Shown here: in pieces, positions 50,434-62,661 of the stretch | Numbering within the stretch: position 1 is the stretch's first letter | Layout of the letters: the number at the start of each line of letters is the position of its first letter | Origin: Squalus acanthias | Lineage: Eukaryota | Reading direction: 5' to 3' | Assembly: GCA_030390025.1 (NCBI GenBank) | Contig: CM059435.1 | Span: 22,196,001 to 22,260,000 of the forward strand | DNA length: 64,000 nt | Translations under genes and position numbers: made by a program | The notes under the pieces: model-generated | Told to the model about the DNA's origin: nothing | The model's input: the letters and a program-made list of their open reading frames with translations, nothing else | Database searches by the model: none

Positions 50434-51477
50434 GGCCCAGATTTTGCTGTGGCACGGCATCTACCGTTAGACTTGCCCTTGCACGTTTAGGTTTTGAATT
50501 TTTTGCGTGGCAAGTTGCTAAAAGTGCGAGCTGAAAATGGCGCGTCGTGGGAAACCGGGCATCTGGGACCTGAGTGATCAGGGCAAGCAACTGTGTATCT
50601 CCATAACCAATCAGATTGAAGGATTGCAAAATTAACAGCGCAAGGACTAAGAAGGAAGTGTCAATTAAAGTGGGTGAACTCAAAGTCAAATCAGGTACAG
50701 GAAGAGAAATAAAGAGAGGGAAAGAAAGATTGGATTAAGAGAGAGGAAAAAAGAGACAATGGAAAAGTTTAAAAACAAATGTTTACATTTAAATTTGACG
50801 TTTTTAAAATCTCCCAACAACAATTAAAACATCAAGGAATGGGACTCTGCACATGCAATAGTTAATTTTTAGTGCCAGAGAGGTTTTTTTTTCGTTCCCA
50901 GGATGTAAGCGTCGCTGGCAAGGCCAGCATTTATTACCCATCCCTAATTACCCTTGAGAAGGTGGTGGTGAGCCGCCGCCTTGAACCGCTACAGTCCGCG
51001 TGTTGAAGGTACTCCCACAGTGCTGTTAGGGAGGGAGTTCCAGGATTTTGACCCAGCTACGATGAAGGAACAGCAATATATTTCCAAGTCAGAATGGTGT
51101 GTAACTTGGAGGTGGTGGTGATCCCATATCCCTGCTGCCCTTATCCTTCTAGGTGGTATAGGTCACAAGTTTGGGAGATGCTGTTGAAGAAGCCTTGGCG
51201 AGTTGCTGCAGTGCATCTTGTAGATGGTACACACTGCAGCCAAGGTACGCCAGTGGTGGAGGGAGTGAATGTTTAAGGTGGTGAATGGGCTGCCATCAAG
51301 CGGGCTGCTTTGTCCTGACGGTGTCAAGCTTCTTCAGTGTTGTCGGAGCTGCACTGATCCAGGCACTCGGACAGCAACGTTTGAATATTGCCCCTTGCCT
51401 GAAGTTGCTGTACCATTTACGCATAAATAACGGCGAGCGCCATTAGCCTCATTATTTTGAGAGCAAAATCTGGCCCC
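50434..51477. mobile_element. MITE copy 1 with nested LINE 3' fragment (~50884-51365, minus)
   Basis: TIR ggcccagattttgc / gcaaaatctggcccc. Near-identical to 52193-53007 over the left ~430 nt. Confidence 0.8.
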
Positions 51478-52192
51478 ATGTTTCTCACACAGTCACAATT
51501 TTGCTGCAGCCTTCTATGTAGCAACTTGATTTTATCAAATTACCATAGAATGATGGGATAACGTAAATAGTGTCAGTTTAATATTGCAGACAATGCTGAC
51601 ATTTGTGGAGTGCAGCATTTATGACATTTATCAATAATGTTCAGGATGTGAGTTTAAATCTAAAATTGCAAAACACTTGCATATCTATCCAAATCGTTGA
51701 CTTTAGGAGGAATGCTGGATTTTTTGGCACCACTGTTCATGCAATCACCTCCTCCCCCCCCACCTCCCCTTCACTTTCCGACTAATAGCTGTACTGATTT
51801 ACAAAGTGGCATGCAGATGTTGGCTGATGTAACTAAACCGTAGTATTATAAGTGTTTAGCTCAGCAGACCACAGCTTCTTTCATTAGGCTGACCTATAGA
51901 CACAGCTGCATGCATCAACCCTGGGAATGGGAATGTGATTCAGATGGAAATTTGTACGCTGTGTACTGTCTGGTGAACCTTCTTGTGAGAAATGAACCCC
52001 TAGAGACAGATTGCGTTCATTTTTACAGAAATGCATTACTATTTTGGAATTTTCAGCTAGTATTGGGTAGAAATAAAAATAGAAAAAAACCTTGCATTTA
52101 TATAGTGCCTTATCACCTCTCTTTCCAATAGTTATGCCCATCCAGCAAAGCTCTGTGCTGGGAGCGCTAATACAAAAACTCTACTCCACAAT

Positions 52193-53007
52193 GGGCCACA
52201 ATTTGCTGTAGCAGGGCATCTTAATGGCATTTGCCGTTAGTTAGACTTGCCCTTGCATGTTTCGTTTTTAAATTTTTTGCGTGGCAAGTTGCTGAAAGTG
52301 AGAGTTGATAACGGCGGAGCAAGGGAAAACGGACATCTGGGACCTGAGTGATCAGGGCAAGCAACTGTGTATCACCATAACCAATCAGATTGAAGGATTG
52401 TGAAATTAACAGCGCAAGGACTGAGAAGGAAGTGTAAGTTAGAATGAGTGAATTCAAAGTCAAATCAGGTACAGGAAGAGAAATAAAGAGAGGGAAAGAA
52501 AGATTGGATTAAAAGAGAGGAAAAAAGAGACAGAAAGGAAAAGTTTAAAAAAAACAATGTTTACATTTTAAATTTGACATTTTTAAAATCTCCACCAACA
52601 ATTAAAACCTTAAGGAATGAGACTCCGCACATGCAATAGTTAATTTTTAGTGCCAGAGAGGTTTTTTTTTTATTCGTTCCTGGGATGTGAGCGTCACTGG
52701 TAAGGCCAGCATTTATTGCCCATCCCTAATCCCTTAGACTGGAATGGACAAGGCTTAACTTTCTGTGGCGCGTTTAGTTCATATATACCCCACAATACAG
52801 CAACTTCACGCCATTCAGTGCTTTTCAATGGTGAGGCAGACAGCAAGATGTTGTTTTTGCGAAGCTAATGGCCGAGCGGCGCATCTCGGACTGATACATT
52901 TGCTTAACCGCGCATCTGCCTTCGCCTGAAGTTCCTGTACCATTTGCACATAAATAATGTTGAGCGCCATTAGCCTCACCGTTATTTTGACAGCAAAATC
53001 TGGCCCC
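52193..53007. mobile_element. MITE copy 2 with a short nested LINE/SINE tail (~52662-52730)
   Basis: TIR gggccacaatttgctg / cagcaaaatctggcccc. Same nested junction as copy 1. Confidence 0.8.
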
Positions 53008-53642
53008 ATTATCCGCAGTGCGCTTTAATGGCAGCTGGAGGTGGAATACAATTATCAGAGGGTAAAATATTCTAGGATTTCTCCGTTTCAGCTACCTTGA
53101 CAAACAAGTGATATTTGACTGCATCATTGTGAAAACAATTCATTCCATTTGGGGAGCCTAGGACAGAGAATCGGCGCTACATTGTCATAGTGCTATCTCC
53201 GCTATGTTGCAGCTTCCTGGCTGGGAGCACGGAATCCCAGAATTAACAGCCCCTGCCCCCCCCAGTTCCTTATCTAGCATGTGCAAATCAGACTTGTGGG
53301 AATCGACAACATTCCAGAAGATTTTTGAAGTAGACAACTTGAAGTATATTTTTATAGGAGCTGCAGTGAAATGTTTAAAAAAGAGGTTGGGTTGAAGTCA
53401 TTTCAGAAATGTAAACAGTGAAGAATGTGTTTTTATTATACATTTTCCATAAATGCAAGAAATACAGGAAAAGAAGCGCTGGAACTCGAGCTGGAGATGA
53501 ACTATTTTCCATCAAATTACATAGACCTAGCTTTTCAAATGTCATTGTATTATTAAGCCTCAAAATCAGGGGCTAGAGAACTGTTGTGAAAATTGCTGGA
53601 AATTCAGTCTACGATACTGAATGTGTAACTGTTCCACAACAG

Positions 53643-53894
53643 CTGGAAGGTAGGGCTGGCAAACTGGCCTCTGAGAAAGCTCCCGGTGATCTCAAGACTG
53701 CCTTGAAATGGGAGAGGGAAGAACATCAGCAGCTCCTGGCAGAGTCCTACAGCGCAGTTATGGATCTAACACAGCAGCTTCAAATCAGTGAAAAGAACTG
53801 GAGTCAAGAGAAGTTAGAGTTACTGGACCGATTTAACAATGAGCAGAGCCGCAGCGAGCAGCGTCTGAAGGAAATGCAGCACAAGATCAATCAG
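53643..53894 (+). CDS. SOGA1: SOGA1/MTCL2 exon J (LEGRAGKLASE...HKINQ)
   Basis: gttccacaacag acceptor, CAG|gtacgt donor, 252 nt. Contains LLAESYSAVMDLT..LQISEKNWSQEKL. Confidence 0.92.
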
Positions 53895-54277
53895 GTACGT
53901 GCAGCATTGCTTCTTAATGTGCCCTAAAAATCTTAACGTTTTTTAAGGAGCTTCTAATCCTGTGCAAATGTTATGGCCCCAAAAAAATATAAGGGGGTTC
54001 GCTAGCTTTGACAGCAGAACTCACCAGAAACCAGAAGGTACCCGATTGCACCATGTTTCTGGGATTTTCCGGCACGTGTGCCGAGCAAGAACCTCTACCC
54101 ACCCCTTAAAAGACAAATGTTGCTGTGGGGGAGGGCGGAGTAAGGGACAGGAATTCTCTACACCAGGAGTTCCACTTCTCTGGCTCACTCGAGACCCAGT
54201 GTAGGGCTGGTGGCCGGTATACCGAGTGCGATAAGATGCACCCACCTCAGAACGGCAGGGTGGGTGTAGGGCATTTA

Positions 54278-54740
54278 AAGAAAGACTTGCATATGCATTT
54301 ATATAGCGCCTTTCATGACCACCGGATGTCCCAAAGTGCTTTACAGCCAATGAAGTACTTTTGAAGTCTAGTCACTGTTATAATGTAGGAAACGAGGCAG
54401 CCAATGTGCGCACAGCAAGCTCCCACAAACAGCAATGTGATAATGACCAGATAATCTGCTTTTGTTATGTTGATTGAGGGATAAATATTGACCAGGACAC
54501 CGGGGAGAACTCCCCTGCTCCTCTTCGAAATAGTGCCATGGGATCTTTTACGTCCACCTGAGAGTGTAGACAGGGCCTCAGTTTAACGTCTCATCCGAAA
54601 GACGGCACCTCCGACAGTACAGCACTCACTCAACACTGCACTGGAGTGTCAGCCTGGATTTTGTGCTCAAGTCTCTGGAGTGGGACTTGAACCCACAACC
54701 TTCTGACTAGAGGCGAGAGTGCTACCCACTGAGCCAGCAG
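54278..54740 (-). mobile_element. DeuSINE copy
   Basis: Colinear with 3253-3728. Confidence 0.85.
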
Positions 54741-56136
54741 CCAGGATCTTCAATGAAAGGAGATTTTTTTATTTTAAATCTTGATTATCCCCCTTACACA
54801 GGTGGCCATGGGGCAATTGGCCAGGGCCTCAATGGAGGATAGGTGTCAGATTTCCTGGCTGCATGGAGCAGATGAGTAATGGTGATGCGTCCTCCTGCCC
54901 CATATACATTAGGTGACCTTTCGCTGGCCCTGCGAACTCCAGCAGGATCACGGCCCAAGGATTCTTGCGGTCTATGTATTCAGCCACCTATCCTATTTGT
55001 CCCAGTATTACTATATGGAGATAAATGATGATGACAATAATATCCAATATGCTCAGCGCTTTTTATTGTCACTATTCAAAGAAACCCACTTTTTTAACCT
55101 GCTTTTAATTACATGGAATTCTGCAATTTTTAAATTTTGTTTATGTCTCCCTAACTTCTTTCAAAATAATCTAGTGTTTTATTTTGATCCCCTTTATTTC
55201 TTCTTTGCTGAGGGGGAAGGTAGATGACCGGTTGCTGTGCCTGTGCCAGGGCTGTTCATGAGGCAGTGATAAAGAAAAAAAAGTTTTGGCCAGGAGCATC
55301 CCTTAACTCCCAAGTTTTGCCTCCCATGGAGGAATGCCTTTTCTCTGCTCCGTGGCTGCATGGCCTAACTGCTGTGCAATTGTGAGTGCAAAGCTGTGCC
55401 CTACAACTTCATAATACAGTTTGTGAGAACATCATCACAATCCAGCACCAGGCACTTATTAGAGTGCATCTTTTCCACAGCATCAGACTACCGAAATAAG
55501 AAATCTGTTGGCTGAAAGTAAAATCTGTCTCTTCTGTGGGGAATAATGCCTGTCTTGCTGACCTACTCCAATGCCTAGTTTTTAATTGTATAAACAGAAA
55601 GATTGGTGGTTTCCCCTACTTTGTCACAAATGGAGTATATTCAGCATTATCCACATTTATTGGAGGAACATTTTAAAATTGGAATGAATAAAAGGCCATT
55701 CAGTCCCCCAAGCTCATTTCTTCAACCACCATGTAGAGTGTATCATGGACCTGTCCTTATTTGTTTACTCTCCTGAGAGAGATGAGACTGCCAAGAAAAT
55801 AAAGCTTTGTGAAATGTCCCCCGAGGTAAAATAGCTGGGATATTAATGTGACATCATAATTTTGGTTATTCAACCGTGGCTAGCTGTATCCACAGAATTC
55901 ATTTATGTTGTGTTCCATATGTCATTTGCTCTACTATGCATATATTTATCCTCATAATCTCAATTCCATCTCATGCAAGAGCTAATTAATTGAGCATTCA
56001 CTGCTCTTCTGGTGTGATGGACAAGTAATCGACGTTTCTGAGTCTGCCAATTCTTTGTAGATGTCATTGCATTTCTTGTAAGAAAATACTTTTTTTTGAA
56101 GCAAATCAGTTTCTAATTCATTATAACAATTATTAT

Positions 56137-56334
56137 GGGTGTAGACTTTCCAAATTAGTGCTCCTGATGCTGAGCACGTATCCGAAATCAGTGTGAAGGT
56201 CAGTGTGGGCCACGCAATTTTCTGTCCATTACAATTAATGGATCAAAAATCATGTGGGATGCACTTGCTTCTGAAAGGCACTACCATTGTGTGAAGCTCT
56301 GCGTGGAGAGCACTTAGTTTATAAAGTCTGTCCA
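56137..56334. mobile_element. Short degenerate MITE with internal hairpin
   Basis: Imperfect TIR agactttccaaattagtgct / agcacttagtttataaagtct, with a central tccatt...aatgga stem. Confidence 0.45.
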
Positions 56335-58530
56335 TAAACTTATCCAGCATGCTCCACACTTTTAGCATCATTTAAAAACTACCTCTGTTCTCCATGCTCA
56401 CTATTTTGTGGAGAGATGGCAGTTTGGATAGGATGAGAACTGCTAAACTGTGAGTCGCACCACGTCGGGCACAGTTTTTTTTTTGGCAATAGTCCTAATA
56501 TTTAACTGCAATTAGGAGGCACTTAAATAGCTAAACTAACACTGTGAAGGCCTGGCCAAATGCTGGTTGAGCAAATTTACTGAAGAATGGAGTGTTCTAG
56601 CTTAAGAAAAGGCAGGTTTATTGTCCAGGCACTGCGAGTCTGGTTGCTGGAGGACACACTTTGTGAGACTGATTGCCACTTCCCTAGAAGTGCCTGGTAC
56701 AGCAGGTGTGGGAGGAGGTGGAGATGCAAGGAGGGACCACTCAGCCACCACAGCAGCGGATGTAGCTGATTCAGATGCAGAGCTTTCACATTGCACAGCC
56801 CAAGGTGGTCTCGGGCCACCAAAATCCCAAAAGACTCAGCGAGATCCTGCAGCCAAGCAGCACACTTACCCTTCCACAAGGAATTAATTACAAGTGATGG
56901 GTTAGATTTCACATGTCGGAAACAAATCACAAAGGGGCAGCACCGTGTTATATCAAACTGACAGCATTCACACGCCACATAATGGATGAAATAATTGCAT
57001 TGCACTTAATTTGAACATTGTGCAGCATATTTATTTATAATTATTTTGAATAATAAGGGCCAAGGTGAATCTCACGGGCTGTTGGGTGTTGTCTGGAGAT
57101 CTTCCTGAAATAGATGGCATAGGTGTCGCAGTCTCCCTGCTAAACATCAGCCTCCTTAGACACATTCTACTGTCCTTCCCAGATAGCTGTGCGTGGTACA
57201 GTAGACCTATGTAGTGTAGCAGTGAGGCCTGATGGTATACTCTGCGTGCCACCTGACAGCCTGGGCAACAACTTTCCTGCTCTGAACAGGAAATACTTGC
57301 TAGATAGACCACTTTTCTGTAAACACATACAAACAGACCTGCTGTGGAGTTGGGGCTAAAAGCAGGAATGCAGCTGTGCTCCTGGCCATTGGAACCGGGT
57401 GCTTCCAGCCAGAAAGTAGCAATTAGAAGGCCCTGAGATTTAAATATCGTCATGAAGGCAAGGGTAGAAACTCTTAACTATCAAATGACCCGAGTCTGAT
57501 TTTTCAATCGAGCTGCCCCAATGCCTTGTTTCTTCTGGGGCCGGCCTTTCTTCTTGGGGCACCCAGCAGTCAGATGGGAGGCTGGGCATATCCCTCCCGC
57601 CTCGTATCTCTGATTATGCTGAGCCTACACCTACTCTAGACACATACTCACTTGTCGTACCTCTGGGAATGCAAAGGGAATCCCAATGTAGATAAGTGGG
57701 GGCAGAGACCTGGTACAGTATAATGGGCCCCTGCCGCTCTTTCCTCTTCACTGTGCCTGGGAACTGAGCTTAACCTAGGTGCTGCAAAAAGAAAAATCTC
57801 TCCTCATATCTGAAGGATATGGAGAAATTGTGTGGAAAAAGGAGTAAAATTGTGACATGCATTTTACTACATTAAAGGCGTTACGTAAATGCAAGTTGAT
57901 TTGGAGAATGGAAATTTTGAATTTAAGACACAAGATTACAATGTAGATGGCGAGAATGTAAATGTTGTGTTTCTGCTAGATACACATTTTTGAGAATTTG
58001 TTCTTGTAATAAAAAATGAGACTGTTTTTCTCTCTCATTAACGACTTGTTTTGAACTGTGAGATTTCTGAGAATGCAGTTTTGTTAGTAGCTCATTAATT
58101 ATGGAGAAAAACAGACATTTCGTACCATGATTTGCATCTTTTTTCCTCCTTAAACCGGATTTAAAAAAAATAATGAAACCATGGTAGAAAATTTCCTCTG
58201 TGCACTTTCTAAATGGGTTCACAATTTAGTTACACATAGCATATGAGGGAAGTCTTACCCCCCCCCCCCCCCCGCCCCCCCTCTGCTGCATGCAATTGTC
58301 GCAGCAACTACATCAAGCAGAAGATCAAAGACCTGCAGTGTCCTGGTGACGTTGGTACAAAGAAGGGTGCTATTGTCAAGCTAGCACAGGGAGGAGGTGG
58401 TTTTTCTCAGACGTTAAGCTAGAGTGACTTGCAGAGACAGTCCGTATATTTGAGGAAATTAAAATGGATTCAGCAGACCCTGCAAATTCCCACATAATTG
58501 TTTACAAGTCACATTCTTTGTATTTTTCAG

Positions 58531-58601
58531 CTGCTGCAACACAGGAAAAATGAAAAGGAAACTTCTGATGAATTAGAGGCTAAGGGAACTAATTTGCAAC
58601 G
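58531..58601 (+). CDS. SOGA1: SOGA1/MTCL2 small exon K (LLQHRKNEKETSDELEAKGTNLQ-R)
   Basis: Strong acceptor ttctttgtatttttcag and CG|gtaaaa donor. The 71-nt phase 0/2 exon supplies exactly the phase needed by exon L (CG+G = Arg). Confidence 0.85.
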
Positions 58602-58841
58602 GTAAAAATGGGCTTATCTGTATTTTTCTGAAGTATCTGATGCCAAGCAAGGAATTAAATTGTAATTGCAGTAAAATTTAGCCTAAAATAGGCTCCAGTT
58701 GGCAGTTTCTTTACTACTTTTCCAGTTTTCCTGTATAAGAAGTTTTGAAGTTTGATCACAGTACAAGTTAGCTACTTTTTAGCCACATTTTGTTTCCGTT
58801 GAACTGGTTCTTGGACAAAAATTTTTAATTTCTGGTGCATG

Positions 58842-59205
58842 GGAACAGGAGTAGGCCATTCAGCCCCTCAGTTAGATCATGGATGATCTGTACCTCAACT
58901 CCATTTACCCGTCTTTGCTCCATATTCCTTAATACCTTTACTAACCAAAATCTATCAATCTTTGTCTTGAAAAATTCAGTTCACACAGCATCCACAGCCT
59001 TTTAGGGGAGAAAGTTCTAGATTTCTACTACTTTTTGTATGGAAAAAGTGCTTCCTGATTTCACTCCTAAATGGCCTAGTTCTCATTTTAAGATTATGCC
59101 CCCTTGTTCTGGATTCCCCCATCAGAGGAATTTGTTTCTCTGTATCTACCTTATCAAATCCTTTTATCATTTTAACCAGCTCAATTAGATCACCCCTCAA
59201 CCTTT
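58842..59205 (-). mobile_element. CR1 LINE 3' fragment
   Basis: Minus ORF RGDLIELVKMIKGFDKVD...ESRTRGHNLK...KHFF plus an aggagtaggccattcagcccc tail. Confidence 0.85.
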
Positions 59206-59769
59206 TACAGGAACAATAGTGGTCCCCCCTTTGTGTTAATTAAAGGCAGTGAGGTATTAATTGCCCTAGATCGAGGTTGAAGCAACCCTTAACATTGACC
59301 CAGACACAATACATTTCCCTGTAGTTCATTCCCTCCATCACCACCAACCCCACACACTTATAGATGAATTTGTTCTCTATTCCCCACATACGTACTGCAC
59401 CCCCCCTCAGTTAATTTACACCTGGTCTTCACTGGCACAGGAGTTTAGCCTTGTTTGGGATTCACTGTTGATGGGACTATTTATGACTCGTTCCCTTTTA
59501 TAAGAATGGAACAATTTGTCATCTATTATTGATCATTGGCCAAGAGAAACCCCTCCATAATTGAGCCAGTGAATTTGCATTTTCCAAAGCTGTAAATGTC
59601 TGAACTCTCGTGGTATATTAAAATATTACAGCGAAAGCTTTACCACCCTAACTAGAAAATAAGTAGGGTTGGCACTCTGGCTTGTTTCAGTGGGTGATGT
59701 GGCCTTAGCCCTTTCTTTATTTCACAAAGGGAAAAATAACTCTCATATTTTCAAATGCATTATTTTTAG

Positions 59770-61231
59770 GGCCAAATCAGTTTCTTCCATGTCTGAGTTT
59801 GAGAGCTTGTTGGACGCATCTCCATATTTACCTCCCACCACTGCACCCTTGCCAAAAAGTTTAAATGATCTTGAGGAGCTGAACAACAAAAATTGGAAGC
59901 ACATGAATAACGATGGTGAATTCTTACACGAGAAATCAGAAAGATCATTAATCGAGCAGTCAAATGTGGAAATGCCTGTAATTTCATCTTGGGACTTCAC
60001 CATGGCAGCAAATCTGGTTAACCCACATCTCAACACAAAACAAATGCAGAGGAGTTACACAGCACCAGACAGGACCGGCATTCGGATTTACTACAGTCCA
60101 CCAGTAGTGCGCAGGATGGATGGTTCTTTGGTTCAAAACAATGAAGGAAAGATTATGATTGAACCAGGTTTCCTGTTCACCATGGCAAAACCCAAACAAA
60201 CTGGGGATTCAGAGCTCCATTCGGAGAACATGTGCAACAGGTGGTTTAATAACTTTTCCAAGCACCGGGATCTGCTGGAAAGTGGCACTGGAGAACATCC
60301 TGTTTCCGTTTCTGCTACTGCTGCTGGTACTGGGTTTCCGTCTGCTCTGCGTGATCTGCAAATATCGGGTAACATGAGTGACGACATGAAGGAGGTAGCC
60401 AATTGTGTCAGAAATGTTATTTGTACAAGCTCATTGGAAAGGAAGGTTAATGATACTGCAAGCCAGACTGTTGGAGTTATCAGTGTGGGTACGCAGACCA
60501 CCCGAAGTATTAGTGTTGGGCTGCAGACTGACAGTCCAAGATCGATCTCCAGTAGTCTGCACCGGTCGTGGGCATCAAGAGGCTCCTTGCTGATGCCAAC
60601 CCAGAGTTCCCGTAGCAAACAACTCTCTTCATCTTTGGAAAAGGTGCCGACTAAGTTTGAGCGTCCTTGCTGTTCACCCAAATATGGCTCGCCAAAGCTG
60701 CAGAGAAGAAGCTCATCAAAAATAGATCATACAAGGGAGCGAAGTCCATGGGCCATGTCTCATAGAGGACAGAATGAGTCAGCTTGGGCTAGGTCAACTA
60801 CTACGAGGGATAGTCCAGTGCTTAGTTCAATCAATGATGGACTGTCCAGTTTGTTTAATGTTGTTGAGCACACGTCTGGAAGTGTCGACTCAGTTTGGAA
60901 ATCAAGCCAACATGAAACAAAAGCAAAAGGCGATACATCAAGATATGGGATTGTTCAGGAGTTTTTCAGGAATGTGTGTGGCAGATCCCAGAGTCCAACA
61001 AATGGAGCTGACAAACCATCAAAAGATCCAGTCTCTGAAGAAAGTGTCAGAAAGACAGATTTGTCTGCTCCACTGGGCCATGCACAGGTAGACAGTGTTT
61101 CCCGAATTGTAAACAAAAGGCTTCCCAAGCAGCCGAACAAGGAGGACCAAAAACCACCAACGCCCTCTCCAGCCCAGGGAGCCAAAGATCCAGACACACG
61201 GGATGCTTGTGGAGCTTCTGGTCTGTTTGAG
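59770..61231 (+). CDS. SOGA1: SOGA1/MTCL2 large Ser-rich exon L (R-AKSVSSMSEFESLLD...SGLFE)
   Basis: tatttttag|G acceptor, GAG|gtaact donor, 1462 nt inside ORF 59669..61264. SOGA1-type motifs MQRSYTAPDRTGIRIYYSPP, IEPGFLF, CCSPKYGSPKLQRR, SAWARSTTTRDSPVL, YGIVQEFFRNVCGR. Confidence 0.95.
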
Positions 61232-61367
61232 GTAACTGCTTTAGTAGGAGTTCCATCTCATTAAAATATGTCATTAAATTATTTTTAAAACTCTCTACTC
61301 TACAAACACTAGTGTTAAACAGGAGTCTTCCTGTTTTTCTAAATTAATGAGAGATTTCTGGCCTAGT

Positions 61368-61445
61368 ATAGAATGTTACAGCACAGAAGAAGGCCATTCG
61401 GCCCACTGTGCCTGTACCGGCTCTTTGAAAGAGCTTTCCAATTAG
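61368..61445 (-). mobile_element. CR1-type 3' tail fragment
   Basis: Reverse complement of 43420-43500. Confidence 0.6.
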
Positions 61446-61789
61446 TACTTTTTATAGATTTATAAAAGTCAAAAGTCATCTATTAATGTATTATTGCCTA
61501 CAAATAAAATAAGCTAGCAGAATATACCTTTTCACACATGCTTGTTGTAAACAAACTGCATGTTGTTTGTTACTATACAGATTAAATTGAATTAATGAAA
61601 ATCAAAATGGGTGTAAAAATATTGAAGAGTGAGTCAGGGCTCCCGATGTGGAACCTTGCTCATGAGCATGGATTTGGTGGGGAAAATCAGGAGCTCTGTG
61701 ATTCGGACACGCTGACCTCTGTGCTCCCAGCAAGTGGTGCTCTGCACTGGGAGCCTCGTCTCACAGAATTTACTTTAAAATTGCTGTAG

Positions 61790-62210
61790 GTTGGTGGCCT
61801 TTCCTCTTTGGAACTTGGGTAGAAATTAAGCCCAGACTGATGTGATGAAAGGCTCCTCTGTCTGGTGACTAAGAGTCCTATGGGCAATGAGTTTAGGCAG
61901 TCTCAATCCCATTCCAAATGGATGTGAGCCTATAACACAGAAACTGTCCCTACTTCAGCACTAATTGGCACTATCACGGAGAGGACATGGGATGGCTGGT
62001 GTGGGAAGTGAAGAAAGCGTTACATTTTTGGGGGCGTATTCTTCCGAGGTTGAGGCATGTTGTGGAGTAGAGTGGAGGGACCTTTATTCTGCACCTGGCG
62101 GTGCTGTTTCTCACCTGGGGAATCTATGATGCTGCCAATGAGTGCCTGAAATGGGGGGCATTCCTTTCCCCAGCACAATCATCCCTCATCTTAATGAGCA
62201 CTACATTTTT
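61790..62210 (+). mobile_element. LF-SINE-like ancient SINE in the last intron
   Basis: Ordered motifs gccttttcctct, agcccag, cctatgggcaatgagtt, gtctcaatcccattcc, gcactaattggcac, ggttgaggca and gagcacta match the recalled LF-SINE consensus order. Confidence 0.6.
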
Positions 62211-62523
62211 GTCTGCTAATGAAATTGCTGTTGGTGATATTAGCATCAATTATACAGTGTTTCTTTTTCTGCTCGTTTAGTACAAGCATGAACATATTTA
62301 TTTTAAATGGGTTAATACCACTGCTAAAATAGCAGCTGCAGAAACATCATGTCAGCTTGTTAAAGCACTTAGTCTGCTATCACCAACGATAGTTCCTAGG
62401 CGTAGATTTTGAATTAACATTTAAGAAATTTCTACCCTGATTCCAAAAATGTTTATTGGGCAAGATTTACCTTTGCTCAGCATGTAAATACTGACGTTGA
62501 ATTTCATTCATGTTCTTGTGCAG

Positions 62524-62661
62524 GAAGCATCATGTGATTGTACATCTCAGTCACTCACCTCCTGCTTTCCGTCCAGATCGTCCACTCGCCATTCATTATC
62601 GCAGTGTAAATCACGCTCTTTGCCTTCAGACCCCAACATGTCGGATGAAAAATCAGGCTGA
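62524..62661 (+). CDS. SOGA1: SOGA1/MTCL2 last coding exon M (EASCDCTSQSLTSCF...EKSG*)
   Basis: tgttcttgtgcag acceptor, 45 codons then TGA at 62659-62661. Resembles the recalled SOGA1 C-terminus DAVCDCSTQSLTSCF. Confidence 0.92.
   Translation, partial: EASCDCTSQSLTSCFPSRSSTRHSLSQCKSRSLPSDPNMSDEKSG

Noticed and set aside
56577-57453. Several 60-142-aa ORFs and a possible 15-nt microexon (LKKRQ, 56601-56615)
   Set aside because: No recognisable homology and a weak acceptor. Probably decayed repeat sequence.
59669-59769. N-terminal part of the 531-aa ORF as a separate single-exon gene
   Set aside because: Intronic read-through upstream of the 59770 acceptor. Homology starts at R-AKSVSS and ends at the 61231 donor.
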